A DNA stretch of 62,602 nt, filler included, from Chiloscyllium plagiosum (lineage: Eukaryota), in the NCBI RefSeq assembly GCF_004010195.1. It is 3 parts of one record of this genome, joined end to end, with 100 filler letters (N's around TTAATTAATTAA, not from the genome) between each part and the next. Parts side by side here need not be neighbours in the genome. Positions count along the whole stretch, not along the records: positions 30,718 to 43,984 come from NC_057714.1; positions 44,085 to 62,602 come from NC_057714.1; 1 more part is not named here. One strand, given 5' to 3'. The notes under the pieces are model-generated. The model was not told the origin of the DNA. It did no database searches and saw only the letters and a list, made by a program, of their open reading frames with translations. The position numbers and the translations under genes were made by a program. Numbering within the stretch: the first letter of the stretch is position 1; each line of letters opens with the position of its first letter. This document shows positions 38,240 to 51,496 of this stretch, piece by piece.

Positions 38240-39105
38240 AGGGGTTGGAATATTGCATGCAATTCTGGTCTCCTTCCTATCGGAAAGATGTTGTGAAACT
38301 TGAAAGGGTTCAGAAAAGATTTACAAGGATGTTGCCAGGGTTGGAGGATCTGAGCTACAGGGAGAGGCTGAACAGGCTGGGGCTGTTTTCCCTGGAGCGT
38401 CGGAGGCTAAGGGTGACCTTATAGAGGTTTATAAAATTATGAGGGACATGGATAGGATAAATAGACAAAGTCTTTTCCCTGGGGTTGGGGAGTCCAGAAC
38501 TAGAGGGCATAGATTTAAGGTGAGAGGGGAAAGGCATAGATTTAAGGTGAGAGGGGAAAGATATAAAAGAGACCTAAGGGGCAACTTTTTCACACAGAAG
38601 GTGGTACGTGTATGAAATGAGCTGCCAGAGGATGTGGTGGAGGCTGGTACAATTGCAACATTTAAGAGGCATTTGGATGGGTATATGAATAGGAAGGGTT
38701 TGGAGGGATATGGGCCGGGGGCTGACAGGTGGGACTAGATTGGGTTGGGATACCTGGTCGGCATGGACGGGTTGGACCGAAGCGTCTGTTTCCACGCTAT
38801 ACATTTCTATGACTCTATAACTATATGAGGATTTGGGGTGGATCATTTAGGAAAGGGATGAGGAGACATTTCTTCACCCAATGAATGGTGAGCCAGTGGA
38901 GTTCATTATCACAGGAAGTAGTTGATGCCACAACATTGAATGTATTCAAGAGGCGGCTAGATATAGCACTTGGGGCGAATGGGATCAAACGTTATGGGGG
39001 GAAAACAGGATTAGGCCGTTGAGTTCGATGGTCAGCCATGATCATGGTGAATGGCTGGGCAGGCTCGAAGGGCCGAATGGCCTTCTCCTGATCTTATCTT
39101 CTATG
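38240..39105 (+). mobile_element. Two adjacent CR1 3' fragments
   Basis: LEYCMQFWSPSYRKDVVKLERVQKRFTRMLPG; 27-bp tandem duplication at 38506-38559. Confidence 0.9.
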
Positions 39106-40914
39106 TTTCTCTGTGGCTGCTGAATCTGGACAGCCAGAATGAGCAAAACACATGAAGCCTTTGAAATATGGCAGACAGGAAAAGTGCGAAGGAAAGACAG
39201 TGCAGCCAATGAGAGTTAAAAACAAGAAGAGGTATGATAGACGTCTCTGAAAGAGCTGAAAACGGAACCCGGTGTTGTCCGCTAAGGAACAGCAGCATTT
39301 ACAGAACACTGCCTGGATATCGCTTCCATGGCAACAGCAGCTGAGGAAGAGCAAGAATTTTGTAGACGAGTAATGTGAAGGAATGGGTAAACGTGAAGTA
39401 GAAGGAGGCAGTGAGGAAGCTGACAGCGCAGCATGTAAAAGTGAATGAGATTGTGCACATGATTCTGGTGAGCTACTAAAGGAGTTATTTTTAATAAAAG
39501 TAGCACAGTTCTCGGTGAGATGTAATAGGAAAAATAAAATGCTGTTTTTATTCTTGCAGGGCCAACATTCGTTGCCATTCCTCATTACTCTTGAACTGAG
39601 TGGCCAACTGAACCATGGGTGGCATGGTGGTTAGCACTACTGCCTCACAGCAACAGTGTCCCAGGTTCAATTCCAGCCTTGGGTAACTGTCCGTGTGGAG
39701 TTTGCACATTCTCCCCGTGTCTGCATGGGTTTCCTCCTGCGGTCCAAAGATGTTGCAGGTTAGGTGAATTGGCCATGCTCAATTGCACATAGTGTTTGGT
39801 TGCATTAGTTAGAAGGAACTGGGTCTGGGTGGTTTTGTCTTTGGAGGGTCGGTGTGGACTGGTTGGGCCAAAGGGCCGGTTTCCACACTGTAGGGAATCT
39901 ACTCTAACCTAATCCCAGAGGGCAGTTGAGAGTCAACCACATTGCTGAAGGCCTGGAGTCACATGTGGGCCAGACAAGGTAGGGATGGCAGATTCCTTCG
40001 CTAAAGGACATTAGTGAGACAGATGGGTTTTTAATTATGGTGGTCACGTGGTCCCCATTAAACCGGCTCATTCAATTCCAAATCTTTTTGAATTCGACTT
40101 TCACCATCTGCCTTATGGTGGGATTTGAACCCAGGCCCCCCAGAGGTTTTACATTTCCAGTCCAGAGATATGATTAATAAAGCATCACTGACAACAAATG
40201 ATTTGACTGGAGGATTTTGTTTGATGGAAATTGGGTCTGAGTCTAACCATGCAGAAGTGCTGCAGATGCACTGGGCAAGTGAATTGGAATGGGATCATCA
40301 GATGCCATTCTCTTGTTTTAGTTTGTCTGTATTAGAACTGCAGTGTAAAGCTAAAGTCTGCTTTATTTGAAGCCTGATAGCTTGACCAATCAATCTGAAG
40401 CCCAACACCCCTTCAAAATAAGAAAACGTTAGGGTCTAGGCTCTTTCTTTGACATGTTTTGAGGGGGTTTGGTTTGATCCATAACACTATCATTCAGTCA
40501 ATTTCATATCCATCTTGCTAAAGTTCCTTTAACTCACTGTGTTCCATGATATCTGATCAGATTGGACAAGTTGGACCAAAGGGTCTGTATCCAAGGTTGT
40601 ACATCTCTATGACTCTATAACTTTGCTCACAGAGTGTTGTGCAGCACTTTATCATATAATTTGTAACACCACGTGCCTTTGGAAAATCCTTTTACACGTT
40701 AGTAGCATTGCCCCATTAATACTCCCTGTTAGGTCTTCGCAACATTACACCAAAGCGATTAGGATTAAACCCTCACGGGAATGTATGTTGACTTTCCTAA
40801 ATTAATCTGCATTCGCCCACGTGACAATGAATTTTCCTGAATGATTGTTTATCGAAGCTTACCATTATCAAATTTAAACGAGTTGCCATGTAGTTACTGG
40901 GATTTTCTTATCAT

Positions 40915-41052
40915 GGAGAAAGTGAGGATTGCAGATGCTGGAGATCAGAGCTTAAAAATGTGGAAGAAGGGCTTATGCCCGAAACGTCAATTCTCCTTCT
41001 CCTTTGATGCTGCCTGACCTGCTGCGCTTTTCCAGCAACACATTTTTAAGCA
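40915..41052. mobile_element. Penelope family A mini-insertion
   Basis: Inverted terminal piece plus gaagaagggcttatgcccgaaacgtc; flanked by ttttctta(t/a)catg. Confidence 0.8.
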
Positions 41053-42089
41053 TTTTCTTAACATGCCTTGTTCAGTGAAGGATGGAACATTTGCAGTTCT
41101 CCAGTCCTCTGGCACCATCCCTGACTCTACGGAATGAACCAGAGGCAAATAATAAAACAGATTGTAAGAGCATTTCCAAATGTATAAAACGGAAGACCTT
41201 AGTGAAAATTAATGTGTGTCACTTAAAGGCTGGGATTGGAGAAGCTTTAAATGGAGGAATAAGAAAGTGACTGAGACAAAGCTGTGTTACCACAGAGCAT
41301 TTCGTAAAATCCCTACAGTATTGAAACAGACTATTCAGCCCAACAAGTCCACACTGACTCCCTGAGGAGCATCCCTCCTAGGCTCACCACCCCCCACCCC
41401 CCCCCCCCCCCCCCCACAACCTATCCCTGCATTTCCCATGCATGGCCCATCTACCCTGCACACTATGGGGCAATTTAGCACGACCAATCCACCCTAACCT
41501 GCATATCTTTGGACTGTGGGAGGAAACCAGAGCACCCAGAGGAAACCCATGCAGACACAGGGAGAATGTGCAAACTCCACACAGTCACTCAAGGCTGGGA
41601 TGGAACCAAAGACTCTGATGCTCTGAGGCAGCGGTACTAGCCACTGAACCACCATGTCAGTGGGTCTAGGGTACCAAGGTTTGAATTAGACTTTCAAATA
41701 CAGAGAGGCCCAGATAGAGTGGACATGGAGAAGATATTTCCATGTGCAGGAGAGATTATTAGGGAGGCACTGTGGCTCAGTGGTTAGCACTGCTGCCTCA
41801 GAGCTCCAGAGACCTGGGTTTGATTTCAGCTCTGGGTCACTGTGTGGAATTTGCATATTCACCACGTGTCTGCGTGGGTTTGCTCCGGGTGCTCCAGGTT
41901 CCTCCCACAGTCCAAAGATGCTCAGGTTAGGTCGATTGGCCATGCTAAATTGACCATAGTGTGCAGACTAGGCAGGGTTAGTCATGAGGAATATAGGGGG
42001 TGGGTCTGGGTAGGATGCTCTTCAGAGGGTCAGTGTGAACTCAATGGGCTGAATGGCCTTCTTCCACACTACAGGCATTCTATGAAATC

Positions 42090-42310
42090 AAGAGAAAGTG
42101 AGGGCCGGAGATCAGAGACGAGGGTGTGGTGCTGGAAAAGCACAGCAGGTCAGGAAGCATCCAAGGAGCAGGAGAATCGATGTTTCGGGCAGAAGCTTTT
42201 CATCAGAATCAGGCTCTTGAGCCAACCCCATGGTTGCCCGAAACACTGATTCTCCTGCTCCTTGGATGCTGCCTGACTTGCTGTGCTTTTCCAGCAACAC
42301 ACTCTCAGTT
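42090..42310. mobile_element. Penelope family A fold-back
   Basis: gctggaaaagcacagcaggtcagg ... cctgacttgctgtgcttttccagc inverted pair. Confidence 0.8.
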
Positions 42311-43744
42311 CCATGAAACCAGCCATTTGTGCAATCGTTGTTGGGATGATGAATACTTCTATGACTAGGACCTGAGGGCACAGCCTCAGAGTGAAGGCAC
42401 GACCCTTTAGAAATGCCATGAGGAGGAACTTCTGCAGCCAGAGGGTGGTTAATCTGTTGAACTCATTGCCGTGGAGGACAATTCATTGAGTGGACTTAAA
42501 ACAGAGGTAGATGGGTAAAGTGATCAAAGGTTGCAGGGAAATTGGGGTTGAGAAACATATCATCGATTGGCAAAGCGGACTCAATGGGCCAAATAGCCTT
42601 ATATCTTATGGTCAAACATGGCCCCTCCAAAATCTCCCACTGAGAACGGTCTCCTGGTGGAACAGTAATTTGCATTCGATGGGTTTTTAGTGTGGTAACA
42701 TATTCTGAATAGATTAACAGAAACGTTTTGAAGCAAATAACGCATGGGGTCCCGGAGTATTGGACGGGGACCGGAATTTAGGTTTGGTAGGTTTTAAAGG
42801 GCAGCTTAGAGGAAGAGGAAAGGATGGAGAGTGGCAGAAGTTTCAAGGCAGTGGGAGGGAGAGTTCCAGATCCCAGGAAACTGGAGGCACAGCAACCAAC
42901 AATGGATTCAGAGCAGAGTGTGTGGAAGAGACCTGAATTGGAGAAGGGTCAGTATCTCAGCTGGTGGAGTCGTGTCAAGTGATTGAAGACCAGCAGGTTT
43001 TATTGAACACAACTGTGTGCAAGGATAGTAAGAGAGATCATCTCTGGTACTGTACTGACTGGATGCTATTGTCTCCATGCGGCAGCTTGTTGCTCACTTG
43101 CTCAGAGGCTATTCTTGGACTTAAGGACAAAGTTGAGTCTTCACTCAGCAGGAGGAGAATACTAGGACGCAGCCAGGGAAACGACTTGAAATTGAGAATT
43201 GCAATGTTTAAAATCAAGCCTTTGCAAGACCAGGCCAGTGGGTGTAAAGGCGGAGCAGGTAACAGTTTCAAGGGCTCTCTTGTTCTATGGGGCCGAACTG
43301 TGACTATGACTGCACAGCCTGACTCTTCCTCACAGCAGGCTGGCATTTACCGAATGAAAAATGAAAAGCTGAAAACAATTCGGGATGAGGTGGAATTGAA
43401 TCTCAACGCACCACTGGTTTTGTCATGAAACAAGCCATGGACCGCAAACATGAAAATGTCACATCACACCAAACTCAAGATTGCTTGAGAAAGTTGCTAG
43501 GCCTTGCATGCCAGCTAAATATAATCTTACATTGAATGTTACTTTACACCATACTGACTTATATTGCAATCTGACATGAGGGACAAGGCAATTTCAATGA
43601 TAATGTGAGGCCTTCACATGAGCACTGAGAATTGATGTTTTATTTTGAATACGGATCCATAAAGTACAGGCAAGGCCCTTTAGCCCATCACTTCTGCACC
43701 ACCATATCTACACTAATCCCATTTACCAGCCCAAATAGATGGAC

Positions 43745-43984
43745 ATCGGAAAGACAACGGAACGAGGACATGCCGCGACCCAAAGGACTAGCCACACTAC
43801 CATACATCAGGAGCATTTCCGAACTGACAGCCAGACTACTGCGACCACTAGGACTTATAACAGCACACATACCAACAGCCACGCTCAGACAACAACTCAC
43901 CAGAACGAAGGACCCAATACCCAGCATGAGCAAAACTAACGTAGTGTACAAAATCCCATGCAAGGACTGCACAAAACACTATAT
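43745..43984 (+). mobile_element. Penelope-like element ORF fragment (RT-endonuclease linker into GIY-YIG endonuclease)
   Basis: ATLPYIRSISELTARLLRPLGL..AH.P..TLRQQLTRTKDP....KTNVVYKIPCKDCTKHY, cut by a gap just before the expected YIG. Confidence 0.9.
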
Positions 43985-44084
43985 NNNNNNNNNNNNNNNN
44001 NNNNNNNNNNNNNNNNNNNNNNNNNNNNTTAATTAATTAANNNNNNNNNNNNNNNNNNNNNNNNNNNNNNNNNNNNNNNNNNNN
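43985..44084. other. Assembly gap with TTAATTAATTAA linker
   Basis: 44 N + ttaattaattaa (44029-44040) + 44 N. Confidence 0.95.
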
Positions 44085-44360
44085 CTACTTGCTGGACTAC
44101 AAATCCGGATCCCATCCCCCGAAGAGTGCTAGCAAACCTACCTCCCCGGATATTGGTGCCCTTCTGGTTCAGGTGCAACCCGTCCTGCTTGTACAGGTCC
44201 CACCTTCTCCAGAATGCAGTCCAATTGTCCACATACCTGAAGCCCTCCCTCCTACACCATCCTTGCAGCCACGTGTTCAACTGCACTCTCTCCCTATTCC
44301 TTGCCTCACTGTCACGTGGCACCGGCAACAACCCAGAGTTGATGACTCTGTCCGTCCTTG
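44085..44360 (-). mobile_element. CR1 ORF1 SGNH esterase fragment
   Basis: SGLLPVPR..LNTWLQGWCRREGFRYVDNW..DLYKQDGLHLN. Confidence 0.9.
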
Positions 44361-45334
44361 CTTTTACCTGTACATGTGAAAATATGTATCTATGCATGTA
44401 GGTGTAAATATGTGTATGCCCATGTGTCTATATACATTGCTCACTTGTTAAAAATAGATACATGCTCCAGACCAGGAGTGTTTAGTTAAAACTCCGAAGG
44501 GCTTTCTTGAAAGAGAGAGCTAATGCTGATACAATGGACTGAAAGGTCTCCTTCCATGCTGCAACAATCCTTTATGTCTGCATGTCTCAGATTATATGAA
44601 TGTGTGTTTATATTTATTCACATGTGTGTATATGCCTGTGTGTCATTTGCATGTGCACATGTGCACATGCAAATGACACACAGGCATTTGTGTGATTGTA
44701 AATGCATTTATAAATTGCAGCTGAAAACAAAATTGAGTTGAGTGTGATGCCTCTGTGGCCAAATTTCCTGCTTTGTCAAGACTCATACATGAAGACAAGA
44801 CCTGCTGCAACCGATAGTCCTATTACTGTTTTGCCCACTCACAAGAAATTAGAAACAACAGGAACGGGGACAGGTAATGGATAAAAGTTGAGCCTGACAA
44901 GACTGTGATCAGGAACAATAAGATGCGTGCACATTTTGTACTTTGCTTCAGTATAAGATTTTTTTTCAGAACTGTTCGCCCACGGGAAAGCATTACGTAA
45001 ATTATATAAATAAATATCAATCCATACTTTGTGCAGAGCTCCCAGCTCGGTGCAGTGTGTTAAACCTTTCCTGCTGTGGGGATGAAGCGGATGACGCATT
45101 TGCATGTCGTGCACAATCACTATACATTCATCAAAATATTAATCAGATGTGCAGTTAACCAAAGAATCTGACACAGTTCAGCATCGTCTGAGCTGGGGAG
45201 ACTGAACTGCTCACAAGCATCAGCACAGACTCCCTGCACCCTGCACAACAGAATTCATCCCCCACCAAACTCTCTCCTACCCAAACTTTCCAGCTGTACT
45301 GCTCTAAAGCATTTCCACTGAAAGCCATCACTTG

Positions 45335-45515
45335 ACACACACACACACACACCCTTATGCACGCACACGCACACACGCACACACACACCCACGCACGCAC
45401 ACGCACACACACACCCATGCACACACACACACACACGCACGCACACGCACCCACGCACACACCCTCACGCACGCACACGCACACACGCACACACACACCC
45501 ACGCACACACACACA
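45335..45515. repeat. (CA/CG)n compound microsatellite
   Basis: About 180 bp of mostly alternating purine-pyrimidine sequence. Confidence 0.95.
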
Positions 45516-48014
45516 CTTGGTTTCTCTTTTCCGGCACAATTGCTGCCACACATGGTTTAACGTGAAAGAAGCCAAATCGCACTTGATGCCACAAGGACAG
45601 AAAGGGCACTTTAGGTGTAGTGGTAGTGTCCTGATCTCTGAGCCAGGAGGCCCCATGTTCAAGTCCCATCTGCTTCAGAAGTGTGTAATAATATCTTTGA
45701 CAGTTTGACTGGAAAATATTTCTTGCAAGGGTAAGAAAGGGTTCTTGTGGGTCAGTGGCAGTGGCCCTACCTCCGAGCCAGGAGGCCTGGATCGAAGTCT
45801 CAGCTGCTCTAGAGTTAGAAAATGTACCACAAGGACACGAGAGGAACTCTTGGCCACACGTTGACCTAGTGAATGAAGTGGCTTCAGGGGTCCCACCCTT
45901 ATCCCACTGGAGCCAATGGCCTAATGGTGTTCTCACTGGACTATTAATCCACAGACCCAGGTAGTGTTCTGGGGACCTCGTATGAACCCTGCCATGGCAG
46001 ATGTAGAATTTAATTTTAAAGAATCAAGAGTCTAATGATGATGACCATGAACCCATTGCTGATTGTGAGAAAAGAAATCCTATCTGGCTCACTAATGCCC
46101 TTCAGAGAAGGAAATCTGCCATCCTTACCTGGCCTGGCCTACATGTGACTCCAGACCCACAGCAATGTGGGTGACTCTTGACTACTGTCTGCGCAATTAG
46201 GGATGGGCACTAAATGCTGGCCTAACCAACAACGCCCTAATCCACTAATGAAAAATAAAATGGAGACATTATAGTCGCTTTTTATCGTGAAGAGAAAGCT
46301 CCCACCAAACCTGGGCTCTGTCAGCTTCCCCACCTTCACTGACCTTCCTTATGCCAAATGTGGCCCAGCAGGGAGCACCCTATGCTCTAACAGTCATCGG
46401 TTCAAGTCTTGCTCCGGACATCTGAGTCTCAAATAAGAAAATAATTTGTACATTCTGTGTGCTTTCAAGTGACTGATGCTCTGAAGTGTGGTCACTATTC
46501 CAAAGTAGAAAAAGTAGCAGCCACTTCCCACATAGCCAACTCCCATAGACAGATACACGGCTGTGGGCTGGGGGATAAATATTGCGAAGGCACTAAGCAA
46601 CATTCTAAGTCTTCTTTCAAATGGTGACTTGGAGGCGGGGTGGGGGTCTCTCCAGCCAGCTGGAAAAGCACCTGTGAAGAGAGAAACAGAATTAACGTTT
46701 TAAGTCTGGTCTGACTCCTCTTCAGAATGTTCCAAAGTGCAGCACAGTGGATAGCACTGCTACCTCACAGCACCAGGGACCCGGGTTCTGTTCCAGCCTC
46801 GGGTGATTGTCTGGGTGGAACTTGCACATTCTCCCTGTGTCTGTGTGCATTTTCTCCGGGTGCTCCAGTTTCCTCTAACAGTCCAAAGATGTGCAGGTTA
46901 GGGTGGATTGGCCATGGGAAATGCAGGGTTACAGGGACAGAGTAGGAGGGTGGGTCTGGAGGGGAGGGTCGGTGCAGGCTGAATGGCCTGCTTTCGCACT
47001 GTGGGGATTCTAAGACCCATACTGGATTTAAAATGTGAACTCTGTTTCTCTCTCTACAGATGCTGCCAGAGCTGCTGAGTTTCTGCAGGATTTAGCCCTT
47101 ATTTGCAGATTTCGGATGAGCTTGTTTACTCGCGTGTGTTGGGATAGTGACTAAGGCATCAATTTATATTGGTAGCATTAATATTTGAGAAATGTGTGAG
47201 CTGCAAGTCTCTGGACTTTTGGGAGGCTGGGGGTTTGATGAAATGAATTGGACAGCCTTTACAGAAGAAATACGAAGGGCTGAATGGCCTCTTTCCCTGC
47301 CACAGGATTCAGTGTCTCTAGAATTGATCGAAGCAGTAACACTTTGGATCCTGTCACCAGCAGCAGGCTCTGTCTACTCTGCTGTGTCCCCATCATACTC
47401 CCCTGTGAACGGCAAAGCTGAGAAATAGCTAACAGGCTCCTCTCCCAGTGTTTAATATATAAAAAAACATTTCCCCATCACTCCTTCAGGTTACAATCCT
47501 TTTTTTTTTATTTTTATGAGGGTATTTAATTTGCAAAGTTGTAAAGAACAAGCAAGGCATTAACTTTTAGAGCATCAGACTCAGGCTGCACCTCGACTGA
47601 AGCTCCATTCACCCACGGTAATAAAACCAAATTTGAAATGCATTAATAACCCGACATGATCTGGAACGTAAAGCAGACAAGCTGTTTCTCCTTTCTCTGA
47701 GTTCTGTAGTGCTGTAGCTTCACAAAGATCAACAAATTAAAAGGTGTAGCACTTCTGTGATGCTTTGTCGAATGTCAGGTTGTCCAGAAACACTTTATAA
47801 TCAAACAGGGTATCCCACCCCTGTCGCAGCATCGGGCACAAGCACTGAACTCTGTTTCTAAAGAACATATATACCGGACTCGAAACATTTACCTTGTTTC
47901 TCTCTCTACAGATGCTGCCAGACCTGCTGAGTTTCTCCAGCATCCTCTATGCTTGTTTCAGATTTCCTCAATATTTTGCCCTGCACCCTTTCAGCATTGG
48001 GTGTACCATCATTG

Positions 48015-48165
48015 ACAAAGTCAAAAATCACACAACACCAGGTTATAGTCCAACAGCTACCTGACAAAACAGCAGTGATCCGAACAGACAAGTTGGACAA
48101 TAAACCTGGTGTTGTGTGATTTTTGACTTTGTCCACCTCAGTCCAACACCAGCAGCTCCACATCA
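48015..48165. mobile_element. Penelope-derived fold-back (family C)
   Basis: acaaagtcaaaaatcacacaacaccaggtt / aacctggtgttgtgtgatttttgactttgt inverted pair; same family as ~24130. Confidence 0.75.
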
Positions 48166-49169
48166 TGGCTGTCGTCAATAAAGATTGATTAGTCTCAGAG
48201 TCGAAATGTTTACTTCACCCACGTGGCTCAAGAACACTTTAGTGGTGAGAGTCCCAGATTTTCATGATCTCACAGTCTTCTTCAAGTTTAAACTGCTTCC
48301 TCTTGTCCTGGGCTCACTTTCTCTCTATCTCCACTATCAAATCCTTTAATCATCTCAAGTATTTCCATTATTCCCAGGTTCTGCTGGCTGTGTAAAAATT
48401 TAGATGAGCTGGAAATTTAAAGAGAATAAGATATGAAAAATGTTGAGGCAGGAGAAAAATCAATTTCACAGGATGTGAGTGCAAGGCCAGCATTTATTGC
48501 CCATCACCTTTAAGAAGGTCATGGCAAACTACTTTATAGAAGAGACCTTTCTCAGAGGACAGTTAGTAATGATGTTCAGGGGTTAGGGGAAAAGGCGGGA
48601 GATTATGGGTGGCACGGTTAGTACTGCTGCCTCACAGTGCAAAGGACCTGGGTTAGATTCCAGCCTTGGGCAACTATGTGAAGTTTGCACATTCTTCCTT
48701 TGTCTGTGTGTGTTTAATCCCACAATCACAAAGGTGTACCAAAGATACCATGCTAAATTTCCCATAGTGCCCCGGGATGTGCAGCTAGGTGGATTAGCCA
48801 TGGGAAATGCAGGGTTACAGCACTAGGATAGAGAGATGGGTCTAGATGGGATGCTCTTTTGGAGGTTCGGTGTAGAAACAATGGGCCAAATGGCCTTTTT
48901 TCCACACTGTAGGGATTCTACAGTTAGCTCTAGGTAATAATGCCAGTGCAGAGAAGAGGGGCTGAATGACTTACTTCTGAATTGTAGTAATTCTGTGATT
49001 CAATTAAGAGTCAATCCCATTGCTGTTGGCATGGAGTCATGTGTAGGCCAGACCAGTTAAGGATGGCAGATTTCCCTTCCTAAAGGACACTAGTGAACCA
49101 GTTTTTTTTTTAGGACAAATTGAGAATTTAATGGTTGCACTACGAAGGCATTGTATTTTATTTATGGAC

Positions 49170-50850
49170 CAGATGGACTACACCCCCGAGCTCTGAAAGA
49201 GATAACTGAGGAGATTGTAGAGGCTTTGGTGGAAATCTTGCAGGAATCACTCGAGTCAGGAAAAGTCCAGAGGATTGGAAAATGGCTAATGTAACACCCC
49301 TGTTTAAGAAGGGAGGGAGATAGCAGACAAGTAACTAAAGGCCGGTTATCCTGACCTCTGTCGTTGGTAAGATTTTAGAGTCCATTATTAAGGATGAGAT
49401 TGCTAAGTAATCGGGGGTGAGTGGTAAAATAGTGCTGAGTCAGCATGGAGTTCGTCAAGAGGAGGTCATATCTGACAAATCTGTTAGAATTGCTTGAGGA
49501 GGTATTGAGCAAGGTAGACAAAGGAGAGCCAGTGGACATGATCTAGTTGGATTTCCAGAAGGGCCGTTGACAATGCTGTACACATGAAGCTACTAAATAA
49601 GATGAGAACCCATGGTATTAGGGGTAAGGTACTGGCATGGATCGAGGATTGGCTGACTGGCAGAAAGCAGCAAGTGGGGATAAATAAGTATTTTTCAGGA
49701 TTGGCAGCCCGTGACTAGTGCAGTTCCACTGGGAAAAGTCAGGACTGCAGATGCTGGAGATCAGAGCTGAAGAAGGGCTTATGCCCGAAACGTTGATTCT
49801 CCTGCTCCTTGGATGCTGCCTGACCTGCTGCGCTTTTCCAGCAACACATTTTTCAGTTCCACTGGGGTCAGTGTTGGGACCACAACTATTCATGTTATAC
49901 ATTAATGATCTGGAGAAAGTTTGTTGGTAAGTTTGCAGATGATGTGAAGCGAGTTGGAGGGGCAGATAATGTTCAGGAAGCGGGGAGCTGCAGAAGGACT
50001 TGGATGGGCTAGGGAAGTGAGCAAAGGTGTAATAACATGTGGGAATGTGTGAGGTTGTGTACTTTGGCAGGAAAAATATAGGCATAGACTATTTTCTAAA
50101 TGGGGAAAGCCTTCAGAAACCTGAAGCATAAAGGGACTTGGGAATCCTAGTTCAGGATTACCTTAAGGTTAACATGCAGGTTCAACTGGCAGTTAGAAAG
50201 GCAAATGCAACGTTAGCACTTACTTCAAGAGGGTGAGAATGTAAGAGCAGAGATGTACTGGTGAGGCTGTGTAATAAGGCTCCGGTCAGATGGTATTTGG
50301 AATACTGTGAGCAGTTTTGAGCTCTGCATCTAAGGAAGGATGTGGTGGTGTTGGAGGGGGACCAGGGAAGATGATCCTGACAATGAAGGGCTTGCTGTAT
50401 GAGGAGCGGTTGACAACTCTGGGACTATACTTGATGGAGTTTAGGAGGATGAGGGGGATCTGACTGAAACTTACCGAATTCTGAGAGGCCTGGAGAGAGT
50501 GGACGTGGGGAAAGTGTTTCCACTAGCAGGAGAGATTAGGCACAGTCTCAGAGTGAAAGAGTGAAGAACTGAGATAAGGAGGAATCTCTTCAGCCGGCCG
50601 GGGCGGGGGTGGGGGGGAGGTGGTGGTGAATCTGCGGAACTTGTTGCCACAGGGGGCTGTGGAGGCCAAGTCACTGAGTGTACTGAAGACAGAGATAGAC
50701 AGGTTCTTGATGAGTGATAGGGATCAAGGTTATGGGGAGACAGCCAGAGAATGGGGTTCAGAAACATGTCAGGCATGATCAAATGGCAAAGTAGACTTGA
50801 TGGGCTGAATGGTCTAATTCTGTTCCTATATCTTCTGATCTTATGGTCAT
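49170..50850 (+). mobile_element. Degenerate CR1 RT/3' fragment with a nested Penelope family A insertion (49734-49853)
   Basis: acacccctgtttaagaaggg and aagtttgcagatgat; TSD cagttccactggg at 49721-49733 and 49854-49866. Confidence 0.88.
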
Positions 50851-51121
50851 TAGTCTAAGCCTCTGAACTATTAGTGCAGTTTGCCACTGAACACTTTGCC
50901 ACTGTGCCTATTTTCTATGACGAATTCATAAGCGTGCATTATCGGTGATTTGGGCCTGGGGGAGCTTGGAGTGTGAAAATTCAAGTGATGATGTTAATTC
51001 TTATTTCTCTCCACAGATGCTGCCAGACCTGCTGAGCTTTTCCAGCAACTTCTGTTTTTGATCAAGAAAATCCATCTACTTTACTAATGTCCTTTCGGGA
51101 AGTTGTCCTTACCTGGTCTAG

Positions 51122-51270
51122 GAGAAAGTGAGGACTGCAGGTGCTGGAGATCAGAGCTGAAAATGTGTTGCTGGAAAAGCGCAGCAGGTCAGAAGGGGCC
51201 ATGCCCAAAACGTCGATTCTCCTGTTCCCTAGATGCTGCCTGACCTGCTGCGCTTTTCCAGCAACACATT
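51122..51270. mobile_element. Penelope family A insertion with 14-bp TSD, inside a Meta-like SINE
   Basis: cttacctggtctag at 51108-51121 and 51271-51284. Confidence 0.85.
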
Positions 51271-51496
51271 CTTACCTGGTCTAGCCTACATATGAGAGCA
51301 GACCCAGAGCAATATGGTTGAGTCTTAACTGCACTCTGGATAATTAGGAATGGGTAATAAACGCTGGTCTAGCCAGTGACATCCAAAATCCATGAATACA
51401 TTATTAGATAAACTCTTGAAGAATGGAAGCAATTGTAAAGAATTTGAACCTTGTGGAATACTCTTTCAGCCTTTCTTGCAAACTAAATTGTTTGGG

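Noticed and set aside
45155..45662. Cys/Val- and His/Thr-rich ORFs
   Set aside because: Translations of the CA/CG microsatellite.
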